From: Bacteroidales bacterium
GTDB taxonomy: Bacteria > Bacteroidota > Bacteroidia > Bacteroidales > Paludibacteraceae
NCBI GenBank assembly: GCA_038222885.1
Contig: JBBRHJ010000001.1
Coordinates: forward strand, 31,845 to 95,844
DNA: 64,000 nucleotides
Reading direction: 5' to 3'
Shown: positions 44,792 to 55,309 of the stretch, piece after piece
Layout: each line of letters opens with the position of its first letter
Position numbering within the stretch: position 1 is the first letter of the stretch
The notes under the pieces: generated by a model
The model's input: only the letters and a program-made list of their open reading frames with translations
Database searches by the model: none
What the model was told of the DNA's origin: nothing
Made by a program: the position numbers and the translations under genes

Positions 44792-46180
44792 TTAATTTTT
44801 AACTAATTCTTTTTCAATTTCTTCCAATGATTTTCCTTTGGTTTCGGGCAGTTTCAACAAAATAAAGACGAAACCAACTAAACATACAGCAGCATACACC
44901 CAAAAAGTTCCTGCTGCACCTAATGATTTATTAAGTAATGGGAATGTATATGTAAGTATAAAGCATGCGACCCATAAAGCAAATGTAGCCAAAGCCATAG
45001 CGGCGCCTCTTATTCTGTTCGGGAAAATCTCTGATAAAATAACCCAAACTATTGGTGCTAATGACATAGCATAAATGGCAATAGCTGATACAACTAAAAC
45101 TAAAACAGCCACTCCTTTAATTTGGAAATAATATGCACTACCTAACAATATATAATTTAGTGCTAATCCTCCAGACCCAAAAAGCATGAGTTTCTTGCGT
45201 CCCCATTTATCAACGGTAAACATTGCTATAAATGTAAATACTAAATTAACACTACCCGTAATTACAATGTTGAAGAGAGTATCGCTTACGCCATATCCAG
45301 CAGCACTAAAAATTTCTTCCGCGTAATTAAACACTGTGTTTATTCCACACCATTGCTGGAAAACGGCAAGAAATACACCAATCACTAATATTGCTCCATA
45401 GGCGGGTTTGAAAAGTGTCTTGAAATCTACTTTTTCACTTACATCGTCCAAAGTGGCCTGTATATTTGCCATTTCTTGTCGGGCATATTCCTCTCCACCA
45501 ATTTTGTTAAGTGTCGGAAAAGCTTTCTCTGGCTTACCTGCTTTCATAAGCCAACGTGGACTTTCGGGTAAAATAAATGTCAAAGCAAAAAACACACTTG
45601 CAGGTACTGCACATGCGTAGAACATCCAACGCCAGCCAATCTGCCCGTTCCAAGAAGCACTTATGAATTCATCAGTAGCACCAGTAGGTACTTTATCGGC
45701 AATCAGCAAATTGATCAATTGTGCTGCAAGAATACCGATTACAATGGTCATTTGGTTGAGCGAAACAAATCTTCCACGTAAATGAGTAGGTGCAATTTCG
45801 GCAATATACATAGGTGAAAGTGCCGAAGCTAAACCAATTCCAACACCACCAAATATCCTGAATAAAATAAATGTAGTATATGACATTGCCACTCCAGTAC
45901 CAATTGAGGCAACAGTAAAAAGAAAAGCGGACAACAATAATGGCCATTTTCGTCCAAAACGGTCGCTAATCATACCTGAAAGCACAGCTCCTACTACACA
46001 ACCAATTAAAGCTGAACTCATTGCCCATGCCTGCAAATTAGCTGAGCCAGCAATATCGAAAAATCTTTCATAAAAAGGTTTGGCACCACCTATTACGACC
46101 CAATCGTAACCAAATAAAAGACCACCCATAGCGGAAATCATAGAAATTCCAAGGATATAAGACTTGTTAAATTTATTCAT
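44792..46180 (-). CDS. MFS sugar porter (XylE/GalP/AraE family)
   Basis: GGLLFGYD, DRFGRK, PESPRWL, QQWCGIN, SEIFP, PETKGKSLEEIE; probable start MNKFNK at 46180. Confidence 0.93.
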   Translation of the reverse strand: MNKFNKSYILGISMISAMGGLLFGYDWVVIGGAKPFYERFFDIAGSANLQAWAMSSALIGCVVGAVLSGMISDRFGRKWPLLLSAFLFTVASIGTGVAMSYTTFILFRIFGGVGIGLASALSPMYIAEIAPTHLRGRFVSLNQMTIVIGILAAQLINLLIADKVPTGATDEFISASWNGQIGWRWMFYACAVPASVFFALTFILPESPRWLMKAGKPEKAFPTLNKIGGEEYARQEMANIQATLDDVSEKVDFKTLFKPAYGAILVIGVFLAVFQQWCGINTVFNYAEEIFSAAGYGVSDTLFNIVITGSVNLVFTFIAMFTVDKWGRKKLMLFGSGGLALNYILLGSAYYFQIKGVAVLVLVVSAIAIYAMSLAPIVWVILSEIFPNRIRGAAMALATFALWVACFILTYTFPLLNKSLGAAGTFWVYAAVCLVGFVFILLKLPETKGKSLEEIEKELVKN

Positions 46181-46209
46181 CTGTATTTTTATTAAAATGA
46201 TTAACGTTG

Positions 46210-46275
46210 CAAAGTAAAGATTAAACTTCAATAAATTGAATAGAAGATTTTACTATTTTAATGGATTATATTACG
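46210..46275 (-). promoter_or_regulatory. MFS-galM-DUF5107 promoter with direct-repeat operator
   Basis: -7 box TTACTTTG; half-sites ATAG at 46240 and ATGG at 46261 (30 and 51 nt). Confidence 0.65.
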
Positions 46276-46339
46276 AGAAATTTGTTTTTCAAATTCAATT
46301 AGCTTATTTTTGAACCCTAAATCAAAATACACTGAAAAA

Positions 46340-47230
46340 ATGGCAAAGCTAAAAAGCGGTTTTCTTGGCGAAAGGGCTATCATAATACCTGACCCCATTA
46401 TTGAAGAATTAAAAAACGACGACTTAGGTAGTCTACTGCATATCACAGATATAGGCTATTATCCTAAAGCCTGTTTTCATTTTAGAAAAAGAACAAAGGA
46501 AGAGGCACAGCAATACATTCTTATTTATTGTATAGATGGCGAAGGATGGTTCGAGATTGATGGGAACAAACATAAAGTGTTGAAGGAGCATTTTTTTATT
46601 CTTCCAAGAGGCAAAGCTCATGCTTATGGTTGCAACAAAACTAATCCATGGACTATATATTGGATGCACTTTGATGGCACAAAAGCTGGTTTTTTTTCTG
46701 ATGGGCTTGATAAACCATCCTTAATAAATGTACAAAAAAACTCCAGAATTGAAGATCGGTTGCATTTATTTGAAGAGATATTCAGCACACTGAAAAATGG
46801 GTATAGTAAAGATAATCTGGATTATAGCATTGCATGTTTATTCCATTTTTTAGGCTCACTTAAGTTTTTAGGTGCTTATCGCGAAAGTATATTCTCTACC
46901 CAAAACAACCATAATGTTACGGACGATGCCATTCACTTTATGCGAGAAAACATACACAGGCAACTAACATTAAAAGAGATTGCTGATCATATAGGTTTTT
47001 CAAGCTCTCATTTTTCTTCATTATTTCAGAAAAAAACTGGCTACTCACCTTTAAATTACTTATCTCAACTCAAAATTCAACAAGCCTGTCATTTTTTAGA
47101 TTTTTCCGAAATGAAGATCAATCAAATAGCTATGCTTATTGGATTTGATGACCCTTTTTATTTTAGTCGTATCTTTACTAAAACTATGGGGGTATCACCT
47201 ACCGAATATAGAAATATGAAAAAAGGATAA
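46340..47230 (+). CDS. AraC-family transcriptional regulator (cupin + HTH)
   Basis: DIGYYP, HAYG..PWTIYWMHF, GFDDPFYFSRIF; probable ATG at 46340 after a TATTTTTG box at 46305-46312; divergent from the MFS gene. Confidence 0.93.
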   Translation: MAKLKSGFLGERAIIIPDPIIEELKNDDLGSLLHITDIGYYPKACFHFRKRTKEEAQQYILIYCIDGEGWFEIDGNKHKVLKEHFFILPRGKAHAYGCNKTNPWTIYWMHFDGTKAGFFSDGLDKPSLINVQKNSRIEDRLHLFEEIFSTLKNGYSKDNLDYSIACLFHFLGSLKFLGAYRESIFSTQNNHNVTDDAIHFMRENIHRQLTLKEIADHIGFSSSHFSSLFQKKTGYSPLNYLSQLKIQQACHFLDFSEMKINQIAMLIGFDDPFYFSRIFTKTMGVSPTEYRNMKKG

Positions 47231-47342
47231 TTGAGAACTCTTATTCAATTCTTAGCCAATAAGTTGTTATTTTTAATCGTATTATTTTTTGTATTCATAC
47301 ATTTTTAAATATTAGGCAATACAAAAAGTAGATAAAAAATAT

Positions 47343-47627
47343 GGTTCTACCCTTTTTGTGTGGGTTCACGATAAATCGGGATGTTCCAATTGCGTTTTTA
47401 GACAATTAATAAGGTTAAGATTGTGTGGATACTATATTTCTACTAAGCTTAATTTCAAAAATAAGGTTATAAAGACAGTAATTATATTCAAATCAGATAA
47501 TTATAATTTATTTTAGAAATCCTATTCTTTCTTCTTTTTTAACTTAGTAGTAAAATTAGCCCTAATAGACGAACCTTATTTATATTAAACCAAAATAATA
47601 ATCATCCACTCGATTCGTGGTAGAACC
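47343..47627. mobile_element. Possible MITE/IS remnant
   Basis: GGTTCTACC ... GGTAGAACC termini flanked by AAAAATAT / AAAATTAT (8 bp, 1 mismatch); no ORF inside. Confidence 0.45.
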
Positions 47628-47644
47628 AAAATTATATCAGTTCA

Positions 47645-47711
47645 ATACTCTTTTCTCCATGCAAATAATAATATCATCCATTTCGGATAAATATTTAGTG
47701 TCGTAGTTTTG
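47645..47711 (+). promoter_or_regulatory. GH2 promoter with direct-repeat operator
   Basis: TCCAT ending at 47660 and 47681 (21-bp spacing), 51 and 30 nt from the end of the -7 box TAGTTTTG (47704-47711). Confidence 0.7.
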
Positions 47712-47739
47712 TCAACTGAATCTTATATCTGATAAAACC

Positions 47740-50550
47740 ATGAAGAATAAACTTTCAACCCTTGTAAAAAGTGCAGTATTTTCACTAATCTTATTGCTTT
47801 CAATAAATACTGAAGCAGTAAATAATAAAATAAATCTATCAGGTACATGGAACTTTAAGTTAGATAGTACCGATTTAGGTCTTGCTCAAAAATGGTATTC
47901 AAGCCAACTACCAGATAAAATTAACTTACCTGGCACAACTGATGACGCAGGTTTTGGAATACCCAACACACTGAAACCTGAATTGGAAAAACCTCAAGTT
48001 TTACATCTAACTCGTAAAAACAGTTATGTGGGAGCGGCTTGGTATAGTAAGGAAGTGAATATCCCTAAAAACTGGGCATCAAAAAACATCATGCTAAAAC
48101 TTGAACGTGTGATTTGGGAAAGCCGAGTTTGGGTAGATGGGAAAGCCATTGAAGGAAAACAGGAAAGCCTTACCACAGCTCATTATTTTAATCTATCCAA
48201 AAATTTATCTCCGGGTAAACATACTATTACAATTCGGGTGGATAACCGCAAAAAATACGACATCTCGGTAAAGGATTTGGCCCATGCTTACACTAATGAT
48301 ACCCAAATAATGTGGAATGGGATATTAGGTGAAATAAGCTGTACAGCCAATGACAATATAAGTATAGCTGGAATACAAGTTACACCTGACATCGACCGCA
48401 AACTTATAACAGTAAAAGTTAGTATTCAACACCCACAAACAGCCTCGATTAAAGGCATCCTTGAACTTTCAGTATCAACTACCAAAGGCTGTCAACAATT
48501 AAAAAAAACAAACACATCTTTCAAAGTTAATAAATCTGATTCTATTTTAGTGTTGACTTATCCAATGGGAAATGATTTCTCCTTGTGGAATGAGTTTAAT
48601 CCAGCATTGTACGAACTTTCGGCAAACATAAAAGGCAAAGGTTTCGCATCAACCCATAAAACCACTTTTGGGATGCGAAAGCTTACAAATCAAGCTGGTC
48701 ATATTCAAGTAAATGGTCAAAATATTTTTTTGAGAGGCACGCTCGAATGTTGTATTTTCCCATTAACTGGTCATCCCCCTATGGATAAAAAAGAATGGGA
48801 AAAGGTTTTCGGAACGGCTCGTGAGTGGGGTTTAAATCATCTTCGCTTTCATTCTTGGTGTCCACCGAAAGCTGCATTCGAAGTGGCCGACGAGCTGGGC
48901 TTTTATTTGCAAGTTGAATTGCCTTATTGGTCGCTAACTGTGAATAAAGACCAGCCAACTAATGAATTTCTTTATGCCGAAGCCGACAAAATTATCAAAG
49001 AATACGGCAATCATCCATCCTTTTGTTTCTGGAGTATAGGCAATGAACTTCAACCTGATTTTAATTTTCTAAACTCATTTGTCGATAAATTAAAAGCAAA
49101 AGACCCCAGACATCTTTACACCAACACCAGTTACACATTTGAAAAAGGTCATGGCGATTGGCCTGAAAAAAATGATGATTTTTTTATAACTCAAAAAACT
49201 AAAAAAGGCTGGGTACGCGGTCAGGGTGTTTTTGAAACAGAATCTCCCTCTTTCGACAAGAACTATTCGGCTTCGGTAGTTAACATGTCGGTTCCTGTAA
49301 TCACACACGAGATAGGACAATATGCTGTATATCCGAATATTAATGAAATTGAAAAATATACAGGCGTGCTCGACCCGCTGAATTTCAAGGCAGTAAAAGC
49401 AGATTTAACTAAAAAAGGGTTGTTGAATAAGGCAAATGATTATTTGATGGCTTCGGGAAAATTAGCGGCTTTGCTCTATAAAGAAGAGATAGAACGTGCT
49501 ATGAAAACAAACGGTATTAGCGGCTTTCAACTGCTGGATCTGCATGATTTCCCTGGTCAAGGCACGGCGTTGGTAGGATTGTTAGATGCTTTTTGGGATA
49601 GTAAAGGATTGATTTCTTCAAAAGAGTTTAAATCGTTTTGCGGCCCACTTGTACCCTTGGCATATTTCGAAAAAGCTGTTTTCAAAAACAACGAAACTTT
49701 TACTGCCAAGCTGGAAATTGCAAATTTTTCGGATAAATCAATCGAAAAGTCCAAATTAAAATGGACTGTTAGCAATCAATCAGGTTCAATTTTAAAATCT
49801 GGCGAAATAGATGTTGCAGCTATCCCTTCTGGAAAAAATACTATTGTGGGAACGATAGATTGTCCATTGAATTTTGTAGACAAAGCAGAGCAACTTGCTT
49901 TTAAGGTAAGCATTGACAATACAGAATTTTACAATCAGTGGAAAATGTGGGTATATCCTTCCGAAACAAAAATAGAAATGGGTGATGTGCTTTACACACA
50001 GGACTTTAACACAGCAAACACTGCCTTGAATGAAGGTAAAAAAGTATTATACAATCCAGATTGGAAAAAACTAAAAGGCATTCAAGGGAAGTTTCTTCCA
50101 GTTTTTTGGAGTCCAGTACATTTTCCAAAACAAGCTGCAACAATGGGTTTATTGTGCAACCCCAACCACCCAGCTTTGAAAAACTTCCCTACTGAAATGC
50201 ACACTGATTGGCAATGGTGGGATTTGTTGATAAATTCAAGAACGCTTATTTTGGATAGTATCCCTGCAGTAAGTCCGATAGTTGAAATGATTGATAACTT
50301 TGCAAATAACAGAAGATTAGCTACGATTTTTGAAGTAAAAGCAGGAAAAGGTAAGTTAATTTACTCAAGTATGGATTTGTATGAAAAGATCAACGAAAGA
50401 CCTGAGGCAAAACAACTTTTAATCAGCATTTTAAAATATATGAATAGTGCTAATTTTGAGCCTAAAAATCAAATCTCATTTTCGCAACTATCAATATTTG
50501 AAACAAACAAGATAACGAATCAGAGCACGAACCCCACCGACATTTATTAG
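47740..50550 (+). CDS. GH2 family glycoside hydrolase (paralogue of 7959-10790)
   Basis: LRGTLECCIFP, NHLRFHSWCPP, YGNHPSF..GNE, THEIGQY, DLHDFPGQGTALVG. Confidence 0.85.
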   Translation: MKNKLSTLVKSAVFSLILLLSINTEAVNNKINLSGTWNFKLDSTDLGLAQKWYSSQLPDKINLPGTTDDAGFGIPNTLKPELEKPQVLHLTRKNSYVGAAWYSKEVNIPKNWASKNIMLKLERVIWESRVWVDGKAIEGKQESLTTAHYFNLSKNLSPGKHTITIRVDNRKKYDISVKDLAHAYTNDTQIMWNGILGEISCTANDNISIAGIQVTPDIDRKLITVKVSIQHPQTASIKGILELSVSTTKGCQQLKKTNTSFKVNKSDSILVLTYPMGNDFSLWNEFNPALYELSANIKGKGFASTHKTTFGMRKLTNQAGHIQVNGQNIFLRGTLECCIFPLTGHPPMDKKEWEKVFGTAREWGLNHLRFHSWCPPKAAFEVADELGFYLQVELPYWSLTVNKDQPTNEFLYAEADKIIKEYGNHPSFCFWSIGNELQPDFNFLNSFVDKLKAKDPRHLYTNTSYTFEKGHGDWPEKNDDFFITQKTKKGWVRGQGVFETESPSFDKNYSASVVNMSVPVITHEIGQYAVYPNINEIEKYTGVLDPLNFKAVKADLTKKGLLNKANDYLMASGKLAALLYKEEIERAMKTNGISGFQLLDLHDFPGQGTALVGLLDAFWDSKGLISSKEFKSFCGPLVPLAYFEKAVFKNNETFTAKLEIANFSDKSIEKSKLKWTVSNQSGSILKSGEIDVAAIPSGKNTIVGTIDCPLNFVDKAEQLAFKVSIDNTEFYNQWKMWVYPSETKIEMGDVLYTQDFNTANTALNEGKKVLYNPDWKKLKGIQGKFLPVFWSPVHFPKQAATMGLLCNPNHPALKNFPTEMHTDWQWWDLLINSRTLILDSIPAVSPIVEMIDNFANNRRLATIFEVKAGKGKLIYSSMDLYEKINERPEAKQLLISILKYMNSANFEPKNQISFSQLSIFETNKITNQSTNPTDIY

Positions 50551-50662
50551 CTATATAATGTTTTAAATTATTGTTTTATGAAAAATTGGAGGTTTCTTTC
50601 AACTCCCTGAATTATGGTTAAACTAGCAGTTAGTAGTGATGAAGTGCTTTTTTCATGAGAAT

Positions 50663-51397
50663 CTATTTTTGAGTAGAATCATCAGCTTGTAAAAACCAAG
50701 AGTATATTTCCTGTGCTACAAGTTGATGTCCTTTTTCATTCGGATGATTATTTTGCGACATATAATCTTTCAGTGCCACACCTTCTTTTGCCAACTTCTT
50801 AAAAATTGCATAAGAATCAACCAAACCTATCTTATATTTTGCTGCAAGTTCTCTTACCTGATTAGCGTGCAATTCCAATGGCGTATTTTCATCTAAAATA
50901 TTCTCTTTCAAGTCTGGCGTGGGAGTAAAAACAATGACTTTGATATTTTTTTTCAATGCTTTTTTAATCATTGACTCCCACGATTTTCTAACTTTCTCAA
51001 AATCCTGCTTTCTGTCGTTCAGCGAATAATCGATAAATAATACATCGGGTTGATGACATAACACCTCTTTCGTAAATCTTTTGGCTCCTTGTATTGCATT
51101 TTCGCCACCTATAGATGTTATGATACAATTAACAACTGCAAAATTGTATTTATCTTTCAGCAATTTCAATGTATAAAAAGGATATGAATCAAATGTTTTT
51201 ACACCAATGGCAGCAGTATAATAACCTGTAGGAACGCTATGACCATGAAACACTAAATTAATGGTACGGTTGTTTGGCCATTTTTTATGAAGTTCAGTTA
51301 CGATATTGTTTAGATATGTACTTTTATCAGCAACTTGTCCAAATACTGGTAGAAGAACCTGAAATATCAGTAAAAAACTTAGGATTTTTTTTCTCAT
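50663..51397 (-). CDS. SGNH/GDSL hydrolase
   Basis: FHGHSVP, SIGGE, DYSLND, NHPNEKGH; signal peptide. Confidence 0.82.
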   Translation of the reverse strand: MRKKILSFLLIFQVLLPVFGQVADKSTYLNNIVTELHKKWPNNRTINLVFHGHSVPTGYYTAAIGVKTFDSYPFYTLKLLKDKYNFAVVNCIITSIGGENAIQGAKRFTKEVLCHQPDVLFIDYSLNDRKQDFEKVRKSWESMIKKALKKNIKVIVFTPTPDLKENILDENTPLELHANQVRELAAKYKIGLVDSYAIFKKLAKEGVALKDYMSQNNHPNEKGHQLVAQEIYSWFLQADDSTQK

Positions 51398-51593
51398 CTG
51401 GTTATAACTACATTTCGTTTGTAGCGAACTATTATGTTTTAAGGTATGTGGAATTTTTGTTAATAAACTTCGTTATTATAGAGTTTATTTTCAATACATT
51501 AGGATGGTACAAACATAATGGGAAGTATTGTCTACAACAATACACAATTAAACTATTTACATGGACAATATTATTGTTACAAATAATTGTAGA

Positions 51594-52931
51594 TCAATGG
51601 TTGGTATCACTAGCTACTTCTGGATATCCGGGTTCGTCAAAAAATTGAGCTGACAAGCCATCGCCAAGGTGTTTCCAATCTTGAAGTATCCATACTACTT
51701 TTTTGTCGGGGGTTATTTCAATGGCTTGTGGAATTTTTGCATTGCAATAGCGGGTAAAAACGACCGTGTTTCCATTCGACAATCGTTCACAAGTCTGTGT
51801 GCCTGTTATCTTTGCTGCATTTGGTGCAAGACTATCCAACTGAGCTTGAATATCGTCAATAGAAGCTTGCCAGACCACTTCACCAGCTCTATTAATTTCA
51901 ATTGAAGTCATGGGTTTTTCGCGTTGCAAAAGGAAATTTCCATTCTTGAGCGGCACGCCTCCCCACATTGACCCTGGATCATGCGACCAAATCAAGTTGA
52001 AATCTTTATCAAATTCATAGAAAGTATGACCGACCAAACTGGCAGCAACAAAAGTACCCCTATTAGTCATGCGTAATCGCCTACATTGACCATGAACACT
52101 CCCTACTAACTCTTTTAGTGGTTTGTCAATTTCGAATTGTCCTGTTACTTTGTTATAAAGTTTAACTACTGAAGCATCGGGTTCATTTTGAAGAAACAAC
52201 ACTTTGTCGATACCAATTGGTTGGCAAGTGTGAATTTCTGTTCCTTTTGGATTATCATAACGCCAAACAACTTCTTTTTTAGGTGTTATTTCCTCGATAT
52301 ATTTCATGTGAGCGTGCAAAACATTACCGTTCGACAAAACCCAGACATCATCATCTTCCCATGAGTTTTCGGTATCGTAGTGCCAAGCCAGTTTGCCGTT
52401 AATTACCATACAGATGCGACGATGATTTTCGCCAATATAAATAAAATTGTGCCTGTTGAGTTGTCCGCCTATCAAATCAGGAATTGTATCGGAGTAAGCA
52501 CATGTTGGGGTTGTAGGCGATTCGTTGGGACCTTGATCAGGAACGTTGGGATCGGTAAATAAATGAAGGATATTCCTCATAGGGTATGGCGATCTCATTT
52601 TTGCAGAAATACTGTTTACTTCATTTGCCGCTACTTTCATTGACAAAATATCAAAGTTATTCTTTGTAAAAGTCAAAGAATAATCTTTTTTAGAAGCAAG
52701 CTTCTTCACGGGTAATTCAAGAGTGAAAGCTCCCTTTGCATTGCTGAGAGTAGAAACCCCTGCAGTTGAAACTACAACGGAGTCAATCAGCATGCGATTA
52801 ACAGCATCTGAAACTACACCAGAAAACACTACTCTTTGATTGTTTTTAGTTGCTTTTGATTGAACATTTTGAGCGAAAATGGTCAATGAACCTAAAAGCA
52901 AAATTCCAAAAAAACCTTTTGTTTTTTTCAT
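51594..52931 (-). CDS. Secreted protein: CarboxypepD_reg-like N-domain + beta-propeller of unknown function
   Basis: GVVSDA..SNAKGAFTL; repeats LSNGN/LKNGN and EITPxKxVVW. Confidence 0.6.
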   Translation of the reverse strand: MKKTKGFFGILLLGSLTIFAQNVQSKATKNNQRVVFSGVVSDAVNRMLIDSVVVSTAGVSTLSNAKGAFTLELPVKKLASKKDYSLTFTKNNFDILSMKVAANEVNSISAKMRSPYPMRNILHLFTDPNVPDQGPNESPTTPTCAYSDTIPDLIGGQLNRHNFIYIGENHRRICMVINGKLAWHYDTENSWEDDDVWVLSNGNVLHAHMKYIEEITPKKEVVWRYDNPKGTEIHTCQPIGIDKVLFLQNEPDASVVKLYNKVTGQFEIDKPLKELVGSVHGQCRRLRMTNRGTFVAASLVGHTFYEFDKDFNLIWSHDPGSMWGGVPLKNGNFLLQREKPMTSIEINRAGEVVWQASIDDIQAQLDSLAPNAAKITGTQTCERLSNGNTVVFTRYCNAKIPQAIEITPDKKVVWILQDWKHLGDGLSAQFFDEPGYPEVASDTNH

Positions 52932-53317
52932 CTTTCAAAATCTATAAGTTAATAAAATTATTTGTAAGTCGGTATTGGGCAATATAAAAACTTTGTAACA
53001 TAAAACAAATCATAAGTTAAACAAAAACTGCGTACTATGCAGTAATTTATTTTATAACAACAAGAGTTGAATTCTCTTTTACTTTTACGATATAAATAAC
53101 CGGCTTTTGTTTCTGGATAGGTTGACAAGTTTGCCCTAAAATATTGATTTAAGTTTATTTCTCATTTATGCACTCACATATACTGAATGCAAAAAAGTAT
53201 GTCGATTAAAATCTTTGATGACTTACGAACAATAGAATAGACTGATTTACTGAACATTTAGTCCTTGATCCAGAATCAACTGACTGAGTTAAATGATTCG
53301 CAATTCAAAAAAAAAGT

Positions 53318-55309
53318 TTACAGATGAACTTCTATTGTTTTATCATTATCAATACGGGTTTCCAGAAATGTTTTAGTCTGATTAAAAACCTTTATTGACA
53401 ATTTACTTCCTTTTCTTTTTATTTCTATATCAAATGTCTGATTGAATGCTTTAACTTTCCTTAAAGCCATTGATTCCCATCCATGTGGAAGTCTGGGGGT
53501 AATTGCAAATTTTGTAAGTCCTATTGGACGAATACCGAACATTCCTTCAGTAATTATCCGGCAATACAAAGCACTTTCGGCCGACAATTGTGTCTGATTT
53601 CCTTCAGGATAAGCTTCCACTGGATAGGGTACATGTTCGCCTAATAATCGTCTTTTTGAATAGTATGTTAAGTATGACAGAGCTCTTTCTATATCGCCAG
53701 CGGCAAACACTGCTCGTAAAGCATAAAGTGTAGATCGATCCCAAAAAGTAGTGCTTCCCGAGGCAGAAGCCAAACCATCCTTTGTCCATAGTTTATCTGA
53801 AAACAACGCATCAATTGTGCCTTTACTACGTGTTAAAATACCCACAGTAAGTGGAGTGCAAATCCAGGCACGCAAAACATCATTACCTTCGTAATATTGA
53901 TAGGTTTCAAAGCCTGAAATGTTACGTCCAAAGTAATTTTCAATGGACTTTTCCATTTTTAAAGCTTGATTGGAATAACTAACAAGTAAATCAGAATCAA
54001 TTCTTAATTCACTTCCAAGGTAAATAGCTGATTTCAAGGCGTCAAAATAAAGAGATGAAGTATTCAAATTTGCTTTCCCAGCTGGAAACCGTCCTTCCAA
54101 TTCATCGCAATCAGAAGTTACAACGCCATCTCCATTTACATTTCGCTTGCAATATTCAAGACACCATTCTATGAGTGGCCAAAGTTCACGTGCTGTTTTT
54201 ATGTCACCTGTTGCTAAAGCGAATCGAGTAGCCCCATAAGCTATCATTGCCATATCACCCCTGTCTTTGGCACCATTCCAAGAACTTACCCCTTCTGAAA
54301 TAATAGAGCTGGGGATTCGTTTGTATTCATTATTCATATACAGGGCAAAATGACGGAATGCATTTATGGCCGATTCGTTAGCTTCGATATTTCCAAGAAA
54401 TGGAAAAAACGGGTTGGCATATTCCGCCTGATCGTTTGCCCAAATGGCTGCGTAATATCTTCCACCTCCTGGGGCATGCATCAATCCGCCTTTGGTGCTA
54501 AAAACACTTTCAACTGCTCGTATTTTTGCAAATGAGAATGCACGATTAAGGACCTGATCGGGACTTTCAAAAACTAAGTCTGAAAGGGTTTCATCAATCA
54601 GCTTTTCACGTTTTTGCAATTCGTATTTTGGAGAGATATATCGTGCATCCAAACTTATCCGACGCCCAGTATAAATGATAGCATAATCCAACGACTCGTT
54701 GGCTTTCAGATTAAAGCTTCCTTGCTTGTTTGCATTTACTTCAATAATGTAAGCACCATAAACCCCTTTTGCTGCATCAGTTGTGTGTGAAAGATTAAGC
54801 TTTGGTAATTCTACTTTTATCGATTGGTTTGTAGTGTTTATAATTTCAATTTTATCAATAAACGCAGCCTCTGAAGTTGATGGGAATACCTGGTGAGCAA
54901 TCAAAATTCCATCATTTGTTTTCGATTGCCAGCTTAAAATTCCATTAATTCTAAACTCAAATGGTTTTTCAATTATTTCCTTACCATTGATTTTGATGAG
55001 TCCCAAAGTATCCTTATCTATCTCGTAAGTCAGGTTACTTTTGGTCTGGTTAGGGAGTAGCCTTAACATAGGAAATATCAAGAGTACTTTTTGTTTTAAT
55101 ACCCCATTTTCAACTCCATAGCTTGTTATGGCAGCTGTTTGCATACCACCCATTTCCATGTGATCCATATGTGAATCGCCAGTTTTCACTGACCATGCTA
55201 TTCCATCGTCATTTGTTAGTTGCCAACGAGTTAAATTCTCCGAAAACACTTGTTGAAAAAACCCCGAAAAAAAAATCAAATTCAAAATACAAATAAATAA
55301 CTTTCTCAT
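53318..55309 (-). CDS. Six-hairpin (alpha/alpha)6 glycosidase-like protein
   Basis: Signal peptide; HAPGGGRYYAAIWANDQAEY, SDCDELEGRF, EGMFGIRP..PRLP..W C-terminal pattern. Confidence 0.7.
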   Translation of the reverse strand: MRKLFICILNLIFFSGFFQQVFSENLTRWQLTNDDGIAWSVKTGDSHMDHMEMGGMQTAAITSYGVENGVLKQKVLLIFPMLRLLPNQTKSNLTYEIDKDTLGLIKINGKEIIEKPFEFRINGILSWQSKTNDGILIAHQVFPSTSEAAFIDKIEIINTTNQSIKVELPKLNLSHTTDAAKGVYGAYIIEVNANKQGSFNLKANESLDYAIIYTGRRISLDARYISPKYELQKREKLIDETLSDLVFESPDQVLNRAFSFAKIRAVESVFSTKGGLMHAPGGGRYYAAIWANDQAEYANPFFPFLGNIEANESAINAFRHFALYMNNEYKRIPSSIISEGVSSWNGAKDRGDMAMIAYGATRFALATGDIKTARELWPLIEWCLEYCKRNVNGDGVVTSDCDELEGRFPAGKANLNTSSLYFDALKSAIYLGSELRIDSDLLVSYSNQALKMEKSIENYFGRNISGFETYQYYEGNDVLRAWICTPLTVGILTRSKGTIDALFSDKLWTKDGLASASGSTTFWDRSTLYALRAVFAAGDIERALSYLTYYSKRRLLGEHVPYPVEAYPEGNQTQLSAESALYCRIITEGMFGIRPIGLTKFAITPRLPHGWESMALRKVKAFNQTFDIEIKRKGSKLSIKVFNQTKTFLETRIDNDKTIEVHL

